Below, one piece after another: positions 1-11,524 of a stretch of DNA of 64,000 nt. The stretch's first letter is position 1; each line of letters opens with the position of its first letter. A program made the position numbers and the translations under genes. This DNA comes from Takakia lepidozioides (taxonomy: Eukaryota > Plantae > Bryophyta): contig CM060733.1 in the NCBI GenBank assembly GCA_030704615.1, forward strand, positions 25,668,001 through 25,732,000, read 5' to 3'. The notes below the pieces were generated by a model. It was given only the letters and a program-made list of their open reading frames with translations. It was not told the origin of the DNA and ran no database searches.

Positions 1-176
1 GGGGGTATTTTTTTTAAATTACAAATTTCTATATATTTACAGGAGGGGGTTTTATAATCTTCAAAATGTATGTACAGAGGGGGTATAAATGATCCAAGGA
101 CCCGTATACAGGGGTTTTTTTTATTAGGCGGCGAACGCACGTGATACGGACATTTTATAAAGAGTGCACCCCCTAG
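1..176. mobile_element. Probable terminus of a DNA transposon/MITE interrupting the gypsy RT
   Basis: RT homology (…HLKNVFQKLREG) stops abruptly at ~176. Sequence to the left is AT-rich with repeated (A)GGGG(G)T motifs and reads TAGGGGTGCACTCTC… from the junction on the minus strand. The other end lies outside the window. Confidence 0.4.
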
Positions 177-2453
177 GCCTTCCCGCAATTTCTGGAACAC
201 ATTTTTGAGGTGCTCTAGGTGCTCTTCCTTCGTTTTCAAGTACACCAAGATGTCGTCAATGTACACGATCACAAAGTCGTCCAACCAGTCCTGGAAAAGG
301 TTGTTCATTAGCGTGCTAAAGGTCGCGGGTGCGTTGGTGAGCCCAAAAGGCATCACCAAGAACTCATACGAACCATATTTTGTCCTGCACGCGGTTTTCT
401 CCTCATTTCCTTCCGCCACTCAGATTTGATGGTAGCCCGAGCGCAAATCGATCTGGCTGAAATACTTCGCTCCTGCCAACCGATCGAAGAGGTCGTCGAT
501 CCTTGGCAAAGGGTACCGGTTCTTGATAGTCACCTTATTCAGAGTCCTGTAATCGACATACATCCACAACGTCCCATCCTTCTTGTCTGCGAATAGCACC
601 GGGGCTCCGTAAGGTGACTTACTCGGCCGGATGTACCCCTTTGACATTAGATCCTTGAGCTGAGTCTTCAGCTCGACCAACTCTCTGTGGCTCAACCAGT
701 AGGGCGCCTTGGCAGGCGGCTCCGATCCCGATATCACCTCAATCTTGTGGTCAACTCCTCTTCGCGGTGGCAAGCTGCTTGGTAAATCCTTCGGCATCAC
801 ATCCTGGTATTTCTCCAAAATCCCCTTGATCCAATCTGGGCTCGGCTCCCTATCGCCTTCTCCCTTCACTTGTCTTACGTAAAGCAAAAATTGGGGCTCG
901 TGTGGCTCCTCCACGGCCCACTCCTTTGTTGTCAGCAGGTTTATTCGCCCTCCCACTGGGTTGGGTATTTCCGACACTTGTAAAACTTCGCCACCATTCT
1001 CACACGGCAACGTGACTACTCTCTTGCGGCCATCTATGACCGCTCCTGATTTGCTCAAAAAGGTCATCCCCAAAATGAGATCCACTCCATCGATTTCGCA
1101 AATGGTAAAGTTCTCACGTCCCTCCCAACTCCCCAGCTGAAGAGGAACATCGAACGCCAACCTCGTCGCCCGTTGTGGTTCTCCTTTGGCCGAACGCATT
1201 TCAATGAAGGCCCCCACATCACTTGTCGGGAGCCCCAGCTCCCGTGCCGTTGCCGGTGTCATGAAGGAATGTGACGCTCCTATGTCCACCAACAACGACA
1301 CGTTAGTTCCGGCGATTATCCCACTAACGAACATTAACTGACTCTCTTTACGCAAGGCGCCAGTTTCCTGATACAACTCATAAGAGTAGTTGCCTACATT
1401 GCAAGTTTTGGCGACTACCGTCTCCACCAAGCGGCTGATGGAATCTTTGGACAGCTCCGTGGCCGCCCGAGTCATGTTCGAATGTCGGGGTTTCGTGCAC
1501 CTCTTTGCCATGTGCCCGGGTTCCCCACAATTAAAGCACACTCCATTGAATGTCGCTTTCTGTCCGCCATAAGCCGCCGCACTTGATTTTTCTTTCGGAG
1601 CACCGAGTGCCGCCTTGACGTGTGAAGGCCCTCCCTTCGATTTCCACGTGCCATTGTCGCCGCGTGGCCTATCCCACTTCTTTTCCGGTCGGAAGGAGTC
1701 ACCCTCCCGCCGGGTCTTTTTGTGGTTCAGCTCCGTACGGCCTTGTTTTTCGCCCCTAGGGACATCCGAGAAACATTCAGCCCTTTCAATTGCCTCGTTC
1801 AAAGTCTTAGGTGGCTTCTCCTCCAACTTCCGCCTAGCCCATGGGGCCAGTCCCGCCACAAAGTTGAAGACCAATTCTGGTTCCGCCATATCCGCGACTT
1901 CGAGCAACAGCACATTGAAAGCCTGAACATATCCCCGAATGTCATCCGTTTGCTTCAAATTCCTCATCTTGTCCCGGGCGAGCCAGGACACGTTGAGTGG
2001 AACAAACTGTCTTTTCATAAGTTCCTTGAACCCCATCCAGTTCAAGGTTTCCGGGTTTGGACCTTGGTCGTGAAGGCGTTTCTGCCACCATTGTTGAGCA
2101 TAGCCCCTCAAATAGGTGGGAGCCACTTCCACCCGATCCTCATCACTCAACTTAGCCGCCCGGAAGTACTGCTCTAGCTCCAAGAGCCAGGTGTTGAGTG
2201 CCTTCCAATTTCGGACGCCCTCGAAGGTGTCGGGTTCCTTAGGCTTCACCTTAAACTTTGCCTTAGTGGACGTGGCATTAGCCGCCCTCAACACATCTTT
2301 CAACGTCCCACCAAACTGCGCCAACAACCCTTCCCAAAAGGCTGCTGGCATGGGAGGCATCTGTTGGTCCGGCGGAGCCTCCGGGAGGTCCTCGGGCTCC
2401 GACTCCCCAGATTCCTCCCGCTCTTGAGCGGCCTCGCTTTCAAAAGCATGCAT
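177..2453 (-). mobile_element. Ty3/gypsy (chromovirus-like) gag-PR-RT polyprotein, degenerate and truncated in RT
   Basis: ORF 420..2453 has Gag ([10 protein letters not shown]…WLLELEQYF), zinc knuckle [14 protein letters not shown], protease [10 protein letters not shown] (DTG altered) and RT start [14 protein letters not shown]…DLRSGYHQI. An in-frame TGA at 420-422 (likely CGA>TGA) is followed by VAEGNEEKTACRT…MPFGLTNAPATF…VYIDDILV. Confidence 0.95.
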
Positions 2454-2597
2454 CGCCTCCCCAAATTGCCGCTTCGGTCACATCGCCCCCATCGGGCTCA
2501 CCAGGATCATCATCTTTCGGGCCATTCCGCTTTCGCTTTGGCTTGCCCGACCCCATGATGAGGCCGATCTCAAGGACGATCGCGTACTGAACTCTAA

Positions 2598-2609
2598 GCT
2601 CTGATACCA
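2598..2609 (-). promoter_or_regulatory. Primer-binding site (tRNA-iMet) of gypsy element 1
   Basis: Minus strand reads TGGTATCAGAGC, 2 nt after an LTR-type …GCGACA end at 2612. Confidence 0.92.
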
Positions 2610-2611
2610 AG

Positions 2612-3040
2612 TGTCGCGCACCTCACTTCGGTAAGCTCCCCTTCAAGTCATAGTTACTCACTTGATGCGCGCGCCTAACTCCCAAAGTGGCCGCCGGGCC
2701 AACTTGGAGCTTCGGCTGCTCACCGGGACATAACGGTCCCCCTTTGCTCCCCCAAAAGACCCTCCACCAATTTGGGCCTAGTGGAAATTCCCTTTGGTAG
2801 ATGGCAGTCCGGAATAGCTCCCCACTCCTTGGTCGCTTTCCGGCTCGCTCGTTCACTCACTAGTTTTTGGTCACCAACGGGCTTGCACTGTTCTCGGGGT
2901 TACTACTCCCCATATATACTTCTGTGACTGTCCGCGGGGGTTTCACAAACAACACCATCCTTTTATGGCGAACCACCACGAAGACCCTCGACTCCCGGTG
3001 ATGAGTCACGGTGAGTCTTGGCCCACCCACCACGGCCCCA
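2612..3040 (-). repeat. 5' LTR of gypsy element 1 (outer boundary approximate)
   Basis: Adjoins the PBS with a CA end and has a TATATA on the minus strand near 2912. Extends to where RNase H-region homology of element 2 stops (~3040). No clean TG start or TSD identified. Confidence 0.65.
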
Positions 3041-6000
3041 CTAGCCAATCATATGCACTTCCTTGCACCTCCACTACAAATAGACTCGCATCAGGTAGTT
3101 GGTCGTCTACTCCCGTGGCGGGCTCTCTTGTTGATAGGCGTGACAAGTGATCTGCCACAAGATGCAAACGGCCAGACTTGTAAACAACTTCGAATTCAAA
3201 CTCATGCAAGATTATTAACCATCTTGCTATCCTACCACTTATCAAAGGCTTGTTCACCAGATAAATCAAAGATTGATGATCCATATAAAACATAAACTTC
3301 CTTCCCAATAGGTAATGCCTGAATTTCTTGACTGCATAAATCATTGCCAATGCTTCTCTTTCAGTGGTGCTATAGTTCCTTTCAGCACTGTTCAACAACC
3401 TACTAGCATAGTACACAGGTGAATCTATGTTTCCTGTGATATTTTGGGCTAATACAGCTCCCAATGCTTCTCCTGAGGCATCACAGTGCACATGAAATAC
3501 TACATGCTAGTGGGGGTTAATCAACACAGATGTAGTTGTTACTGACAACGTAAGTTCCTCAAAAGCCTGTTGACACTTAGCTGTCCATGTAAACATTGCA
3601 TCCTTCTTCAAAAGCTTGCTCAAAGGTGCTGCCATCTGTGCATACCGTCTGACAAACCTTCTGTAGTAACTAGTTTGTCCAAGGAACCTCCTTAGACTCT
3701 TAGCATTTCCTGGTGGTGGAGATGCTTTAATGGCCTCTGTCTTTCTGGGATCCACAAGCAATCCCCTCTTACACACAATGTGTCCCAGTAGTACCCCTGA
3801 ATTCACACAGAAAGTACACTTTTCTGGATTCAGACCAAGACCTCTCATTCTGCATCTGGCCAAACATAATTCCAACTTCTGCAAAGTGCTCATTCTTAGC
3901 TGTACACACTGAAGTCATCTAAGAACACTTGCATGAAATCATCCAGATACTCATGAAAAGATTCACTTATCACCCTCTGGAAAGTTGCTGGTGCATTACA
4001 AAGTCCAAAAGGCATTACTTTGTATGCATAAACACCCCAGTCTGTGATGAAAGCTGTCTTTCCCTGGTCTTCTTCCGCCACTTATACTTGGTTATATCCA
4101 CTGAAGCCATCCATGAATGGGTACATCTCATGGCCTGCCACAGTGTCCAGTACAACTTCTGTGAATGGTAAAGGAAAAATGATATTTCTTTGTACAGACA
4201 TTCAACTTCTTATAGTTCACACAAACTCTCAGTTTGCCATTCTTCTTGGGAACTATCACAATGGGTGACAACCAAGTTGTATACTCTATCAGGTACATGA
4301 ACTTAGCCTCAGCCAGCTTCTTGATCTCTTCCCCAACCTTCTGCGCATAGTTGGGATTCATCCTGTACCTTGCCTGTTTGATTGGTACTGACCCTGGTTC
4401 CAGTTCAATCTTATGCTGGAAAATCTCAGGGGGTATCCCTTTCATATCCTCATAGCTCCATGCAAATACATCTTTGTATTTGATAAACAGGCTCTTAGCC
4501 TCCTCAAAGAATTCTGGCTCCAAGTCAGCCCCTACTTTCACCATTCTTGGTTCCTCCTCAGTTCCCACATTCACGTCTCTTACCTGCTCTTCAGCTGTGA
4601 TTGTCATCCAGCCACTACTTCATCCTGCAAACTCACAATGGCTGGTTTTTCTAGGATTTCCATTTCTCCCTCTCTTTCTTCATAGAAATGTGGTGGGTAA
4701 CGACTTGTTTCCCCCTCAATTGGTGTTACTATTACTGCACCACAGCAGATACCTTTAAAACAACTCAGGCCTCCCAGTTGCATTTCTGCAACCTGCTCCC
4801 ACTCTGGGTGTGTAGCAAACAGGGTAGCCTACTGTTCCTCATCAAGTCCTCCCCTCCACTCATACTCTCTGACTCCCCGAGGTCTTCTGGTAGCAGATAG
4901 CCTACTAGATTTCTTAGTGGTGACCTGTATCTTGTGCTTCCCATCATGCATGCAGTTAATAACTGGGAATTCCAGTCGTGGAATACCCTGGCCTGTTTCA
5001 GCCATGGTCGACCCAGCAATAAGGAGTAAGCTTCCATAATATCATCCATTTTCAACACAGTCACTGTGATCTTAAATATCATCTTCTGAATCTGTATCTT
5101 AACTCCTCTTATCAAGCCTAAAGGCTGTACACTCCTTTGATCTGCCATTGTTACTGTGAATGGGGCTGGTTTCATAGTACTCAAACCAAGCTTCTGCCTT
5201 AATTGGTCTGTCATGATATTCACTCCCGAGCCTCCATCTATCAGTACATCAGTCAAGTCTGTGCTTCCAATTCTCAATTGGATTATTGGCATAGAATCAT
5301 CAAAGTCCATGACTGTTTCTCGCCCTTCTGGCTTCACATTATAGCTTGTCACCTTGCTGTTCAGGTTTGTGTTCTCTGTCACATGAGCAATCTGATTAAT
5401 TGCTTGAAACAGCGTGTGCCTATAATGAGGTGCCACAGCCAATAGTTGTCCAATGGTAATCTCAGCTTTGGTCTGGCATATTACTTTAGCCAAAGTCCCT
5501 TCATTACTCTGCACTTGTGCAGCTTCTTTCTTCACAACCTCTTCACCCTCTCCATCTTCTCTATCAGAGTCAGAAGAATCAGCCATAGGGATATCAGTAT
5601 TCTTCTACATTTCCCTTATGGTATCAGCCACTTCCCTGTGTAGTTCCTTCTCATCTCTCCAAGCCTCATCATCTTCAGGCACATCACTGCCATCCTCATT
5701 ATCATCTTCTTCCTCATCCATCGGAGGTATTAGTTTAGCTTTGCTTCTGGTCACTATCATTATACTCACTTCTGGTACAAAACATGGCCTAACCATGTGA
5801 GCTGCCACCATTGGGCCCTCATTTACAGGAGCTCTCATCTCATTCTAGTGTCTGATCCAGAATGGACAGGCTGCCTTGCGATGTCCCGCCTGATTACAAT
5901 AGTAACATAGTTCTTCATCATTGGGTCCTCGCCCTTGGTTTGCTCTGGGATTATTTCTATAATCCTGATTCCCTGGCTGGTAATTCCCTCTTGGATTACC

Positions 6001-7707
6001 TCTTTCTGCCATACCATTGATATAACCACCAGGCCTTCCATAGTGGTCCTGGTCATTGTTTCTTCTTTGCTGGGGCTGCACTTGATGTACCCTTACTTGC
6101 CTAGGTTCTCTTGCAGCTGTCCTTCTGTTGTAATAACAATTCTCTGTAGAATGATTATCCATTTTACAGATAGTACAGTGTTTCTCCTTCATGTGGCATT
6201 CAGCTGTGGTATGGCCTTCATTCTGGCATTTTGCACTCCAAACACCCTTCCTCCAATGCGTTGCAGCCTCTGTAGCATACTTTTTCAAAATCTCCTCCAG
6301 TCTTTTCTCATAATTTTCCCTCTTCAACTTTTCCTTCTTCTTACTCTTCCTTTTGAGCTCTTGCTCTTCTTCCTCATCTGACTCATCTTCAAAGTCCTCA
6401 TCCTCCCTTTTATCTCTTCTGAGCATTCCCAATTGCTCAATCATGTTGGCTGTTTCGAATGCCTCCTCCACTGTATTATGGGGTAGCATATCCACTTTCT
6501 TTTGCAACTCTGGTCCTAGTCCACTCACAAACCATGTCTTCTGCAACCCTGGTACTGGTACAACAGCCAACTTTTTCATCATCAATTCCATCTTTTCCAT
6601 GTACTCCTCAACAGTTTCATGCTTCTTTTGCTTTAACCGTTGTAAACTCCCATACACTTCATCCTCATTTTTGCTTGTCCTAAACCTGTTTCGGAATGCT
6701 GTACTAAGGCCATTCCAGGTTAGGAAATGATTATCAGGGAATCTTGCATACCATTCACTTGTTTTCTTAATAAGTGAACATGGAAACAGTCTCATCTTGG
6801 CATCATCGCCATTCTCATTGTTCACAATACACATGTGATCAAATTGGCTGATGTGTACATCATGATCCCCTTTTCCTGTATATATTGGAAAGGTGGTTTT
6901 GCCCGTATTGGTTGTACCGCCATCTGTGGCCCTACACCCTGCCCACTGACAGGTGCTGGTCCTCCTGTTGGTTCTAGTCCTCCTGTTGGTGTTGGTTCTT
7001 GGGGACCTGTTGTTGTAGTGGTGGTTCTCCCACTAGTTGTTGGCCCCTGAGTACTCCCTGCCCCTGGCCCCTCTATACTCACAGTATTCCCAGCTCCAGT
7101 TGCACTACTTCCCACACTCCCTGTCCCCCCAGAGCCAGATCCAAGCTTCTCGCCTGATCCCCCTGAGCCGACACCTTCATTGGCCTGTGATCCAAGTGCT
7201 CCACTTGATCTAGGTCCAACAGGTTGGGATGTCCTGGTTGTACTCTCAACCTCAACTGTTGGGTCTACTTCTTCATACCCTTCATCTTCCAAATTCTTCT
7301 CTCTGTTTTCATCTTCCAAGTTCTTCTCTTGGATTTCTTCTTCTTCACTCATGTAACTCAATTGCAATGGTGTTGGAGAATCTGAACTCTCCGTTGGCTC
7401 TGCCACATCCTCCCCTCTTCTTTGTCTTTTGCTTCAGAAACTGGAGTTCCTGTTTTTGGTGTTCCATGCCAACTCTTATCAAAGATTTCTGCCAAATCTT
7501 CTATCCAGGGATGTACCTCAGATCTCTCCCCTCATGGCTGATCTTTTTCCTCTATCAAATCCCTCAACCTCTCTTATAAAGAATAAGATGGAGTGGCATC
7601 CAACTCTGGTTCCTCTAGTATGGGTGATGTACTCTCCGATCTTAATGGTGTGAGAGGTCCAGATGATTCTCCTATGTCTATTCCTCTCTCCCAAAGATAT
7701 GGATAAT
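3041..7707 (-). mobile_element. Degenerate Ty3/gypsy element 2 (non-chromovirus-like): gag, PR, RT, RNase H; no integrase or LTR visible
   Basis: Frameshifted ORFs: Gag 5845-6834 (MRLFPCSL…EWY…W..L..AF..RF, CCHC knuckles), protease VLIDGGSGVNI (4765-5586), RT KKNGKLRVCVNY / MPFGLCNAPATFQR / VFLDDFSVY (3896-4607), RNase H HCDASGEALGAVL…YSTTEREALA…ADHLSR (3006-3491). Confidence 0.93.
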
Positions 7708-10292
7708 TAGCTAGAATTGTACCAGATGTGATCCTGAACAATACCCTCGTGGACATGTATGCCAAATGTGGGTGCATCAAAAATGCGGATGAAGTGTTCA
7801 ACAATATGGTTGAACGAGATTTGGTGTCATGGAATGCCATGCTTGCAGGATATGCACAGCAGGGGCGCGAGATGGAGGCCTTGGAGACCTATGAGCAAAT
7901 GATGGATAAGGGATGAAGCGCGACCACATCACGTTTGTGTGCGTTTGCAATGCTTGTGCAAGCCTGGCAGCCCTGGAAAAGGGCAAAGGGTGCATGGTGA
8001 CATCATCAAAGCTGGAATTGTACCAAGGTTGCAATGCGTGTGCAAACCTGGGAGCCCTGGAAAATGGGAAAGAGGTCCGTGGTGACATTGTCAAAGCTGG
8101 AATTGCACCAGATTCATCCTGAACACTGCCCTGATGGACATATGCCAAATGTGGGTGGATCGAGGATGCGAAGGGAGTTTTCAACACTGTGGTTGAAAGA
8201 AATGTGGTGTCATGGAACGTTATGCTTGCAGGGTATGCATAGCAGGGGCACGAGATGGAAGCTTTGGAGACCTATTAGAGTGTGTGTACAGAAGCATCCA
8301 AGAGGGCCAGATTTCAAGCACAAGATTACCTATGATTTTGTCAGTTAGCTCGTTAGCTCGGAGCAGGGATAGAGTGTGGGTCCAGATTCATCCAAGAGGC
8401 CAGATTTCAAGCACAAGAGTACCTGTGATTCCATGTGGATCGATAGCTACAAGAAACCTGCATGGATAGATGGTCAACTGGAAGCCGCAGAAGCAGCAGA
8501 AGCAGCGCACAATTGATAAAATCAGGCATGCTAATCAAGGCACCTTCTTCAACACATTTCACCTAGTTTTTCCCTCACAACAAGAAAGCAGCCAAAAACA
8601 GGTAATAGGGATGAGGAGAAGCTGTGGAATGAATACTTTTCTGACCACATAACTTTTGTGTACGTGTGCAAGCCTGGCAGCCCTGGAAAAGGGCAAAGAG
8701 GTCCATGGTTGCATTGTCAAAGCTGGAAATGTACCAAATGTAATTCTGAACAATACCCTTGTGGACATGTATGCCAAATGTGGAGGGAGTGTTCAACATT
8801 ATGGCTGAATCTGCCTGTTTTGTCCTCTCATCAGACTCGGCCCTGAGATGCATATTGAATTCTGTAAGTTAGCTTGTTGGGTGTATCTGTGGTGGTTAGG
8901 AGTGACTTTGACAAGTTACTGCCGATGTGGCAGCAGGAAAGTATCCAAAAACAGATAACATAGATGAGGAGAAGCTTGTTGACGTTTGTTTGCATTTGCA
9001 ATGCGTGTGCAAGCCTGGCAGCCCTGGAAAGGTGGATGGAGGCTTTGGAGACGTGTGAGCAAATGAAGCCCTCATGGAGTGCAATGATTGCAGGATATGC
9101 TCAACATGGATCTGGTACAGAGGCTTTCAAAATGTATGAGCAAATGCAACAGGAAGGGGTTATGCCCAACAACATAACATTCATTTGCATTCTCAATGCA
9201 TGTGCCAGTGTAGGAAACTTGGGAAAGGCCGAAGAGGTCCAGCTGATATAATGACCCAAATGTGGGAGCGAAAAAGATGCACGTCAGGTTTTCGACAAAA
9301 TGCCTGAACGAGATTTTGTGTCATGGAATGCCATGATTACAGGATATGCTGAAGAGGCTTTCAAGATACAAGCAAATGGAACTGGACGCGATGACACCGA
9401 ACAGGGTTACGTTCGTTTCTGTTGTCAATGCATGTGCCAGTCTAGGGGCCCTGGAAAAGGGCACGCGGGTCTATGCTGATATTAACAAAGCTGGGGTTGT
9501 GTCATATATTAACTTGGACAATGCCCTTGTTAACATGTATGCCAAATGTGGGAGTGTTCACGATGCACGTCAAGTGTTTGAAAATATGGTTCGGCAAGCA
9601 TAAAATGCCATATTTGCAGGATATGCTCAGCATGGGTGTAGTACAGAGGCCTTCCAACTATTTGAACAGATGCAGCAGGAAGGCTTGAAGCCAGATGGTA
9701 TCACCTTCGTTTCTCTTCTCTCTGCAAGAGGTCCATGCATGTGACATCGTCAAAGCTGGATTTGTACCAGATGTCATCCTGAACACTGCCCTGCTGGACA
9801 TGTATGTCAAATGTGAGTGCATCGAGGATGCAAAGGGAGTGTTCGACAGTATGGCTGAAAGAAATGTGGTGTCGTGGAGTGCGATGATTGCAGGATATGC
9901 CCAGCATGTTGTCATAGGGAGGTCCTGCAACTATTTGAAGGAATGTAAAAGAACGGCTTGAAGCCGGACAATATCACCTTTATATGTGGTCTCTCTGGGT
10001 AGATGGTCAACTGAATGCAGCAGTTGCAGCGGCACAATTGATCAAATCAGGCACCTCATCCATGGCCACAGCTTCTGAAAGAGGATCAAGAGAGAGAGTC
10101 CACAATACCTCTTCTGGCACTTCTGGGCATGTGAAGATACTTCGTGCGACAGGCAGACTGGCAGAGGCTCTACAGACTATAAACCAAGAAGGCATTTCAG
10201 CAGATTCAGATACGTATGCTTATCTCTTGCTTAAGTGCATCAAGATGGGAGGTCTGGAAGCTGGAAAGCAGGTGCACACTCACATTGAAAAA
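7708..10292 (+). pseudogene. Scrambled mosaic of PDF-PPR gene fragments
   Basis: Many short PLS-PPR pieces (LVDMYAKCG…VSWNAM.AGYAQ; ACASLAALEKGK) with stops and frameshifts. Interleaved PDF-motif pieces: cag|KHPRGPDFKHKIT (~8292), cag|IHPR..DFKHKSTCDSMWIDSYKKPAWIDGQLEA (~8386-8485), DEEKLWNEYFSD (~8610-8645), GKYPKTDNIDEEKL (~8936-8978), and WVDGQLNA…L0 repeat (9997-10290). Confidence 0.9.
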
Positions 10293-10466
10293 GGAACCCT
10301 CCTAGAATGGAGACCCAACTCTCACCTCTTGGGCCCAAGAAGTTTTGTATTAAGATAGACTATTTTTGTGCGATCGTGACCGTTGAAGTTGGCCCAAGAC
10401 CAGCCCAAGAGTGGTAGAAATTGGGCCCAGGATTTCTTGGGCTTGGGCCCTAGTGTAAAGCAGCCC
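10293..10466. mobile_element. Partial PIF/Harbinger (Tourist-like) MITE
   Basis: Ends CCCTAGTGTAAAGCAGCCC|TAA, matching the TIR of the complete copy at 40886-41095. Contains internal GCCCAAGA repeats. Confidence 0.7.
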
Positions 10467-11524
10467 TAACTGTCACCAGCACTTGGGTAACAACGAACTT
10501 CTCTTGTGAATCCTGCTGCAATACATGGGTGTCAGACTACACAACTTAGTTCTAATTGGGAGTATTCAATAGCACAGCTAATCTTCATGTATTTGACACT
10601 GCATAGCTTGCATGTCGGTATGTGGTAAGGATGTTTGAATTGAGACACTCCCTAATTTGCTATGTACCCGCCACAGGTCGTTTAAGGCTGTACATGGGCC
10701 ATGAGATTGATTGCTGACAAATTCCATATTTCTGAAATGTTGTGGAATGATTTTAAGGAAGTGTGTGAGATTAGGCAGGGTGAGACTTTGACTATAGATT
10801 AAATTCACATTTTCTTTAGCATGACCCTTCAGGCCCTGAACCGTACCCTTCCAAGACAGCAACTGCCTTCACTAACCTAATGCACCATTGTAGACTACAG
10901 AATATGACCACCAAAATGGTCTCTTTGATTTTGAATCACCCTTTGCAGGCACCTACACAGTATTGCCCTACCTTGAATTCTCAAAATCATTCCTTCAATA
11001 CCAAAATTCCATCAGTGCCCTCAAACCCCAACCAGCAGCATGGGTAGCCATAGCACCCTTCCTTAGCGCTGAAGAGCACATGAAAGCAGCAAGTAGCGAG
11101 AAGAATAACATCCTTCCGAAAAAAGTTGTGTAGATGGGGCAGACCAGATCCAAGGGGGATATGATCCCATGATGACTGGCCCCCTCTTATGTCACCAGAT
11201 CAAACACCCAAACCAAAGTTGCCAAAACTTCACAAAAAATTACTGTCACTTGTAATTTGCCACCAGAATGCACGCCACTTTCGCACAAGGGGTATTATGC
11301 CCCACGCCTTTGCTACGCCTCAAAATGATACAATACACAATTCATCTCTTTGGACCACCTGCCTTCAAGGCCTCCTCCGTACTTGCCTATCACTTAATTT
11401 ATCAGTTTGACCAAAGTGTAGGTTTCATCCTTGAAATGGCAGGCAAGATGGTGTAAGAAGACAACGCTCCACAGTGAATGGGGGAAACCTGGCATCGCCT
11501 TCATGGTTTCAACAGATACCACTG

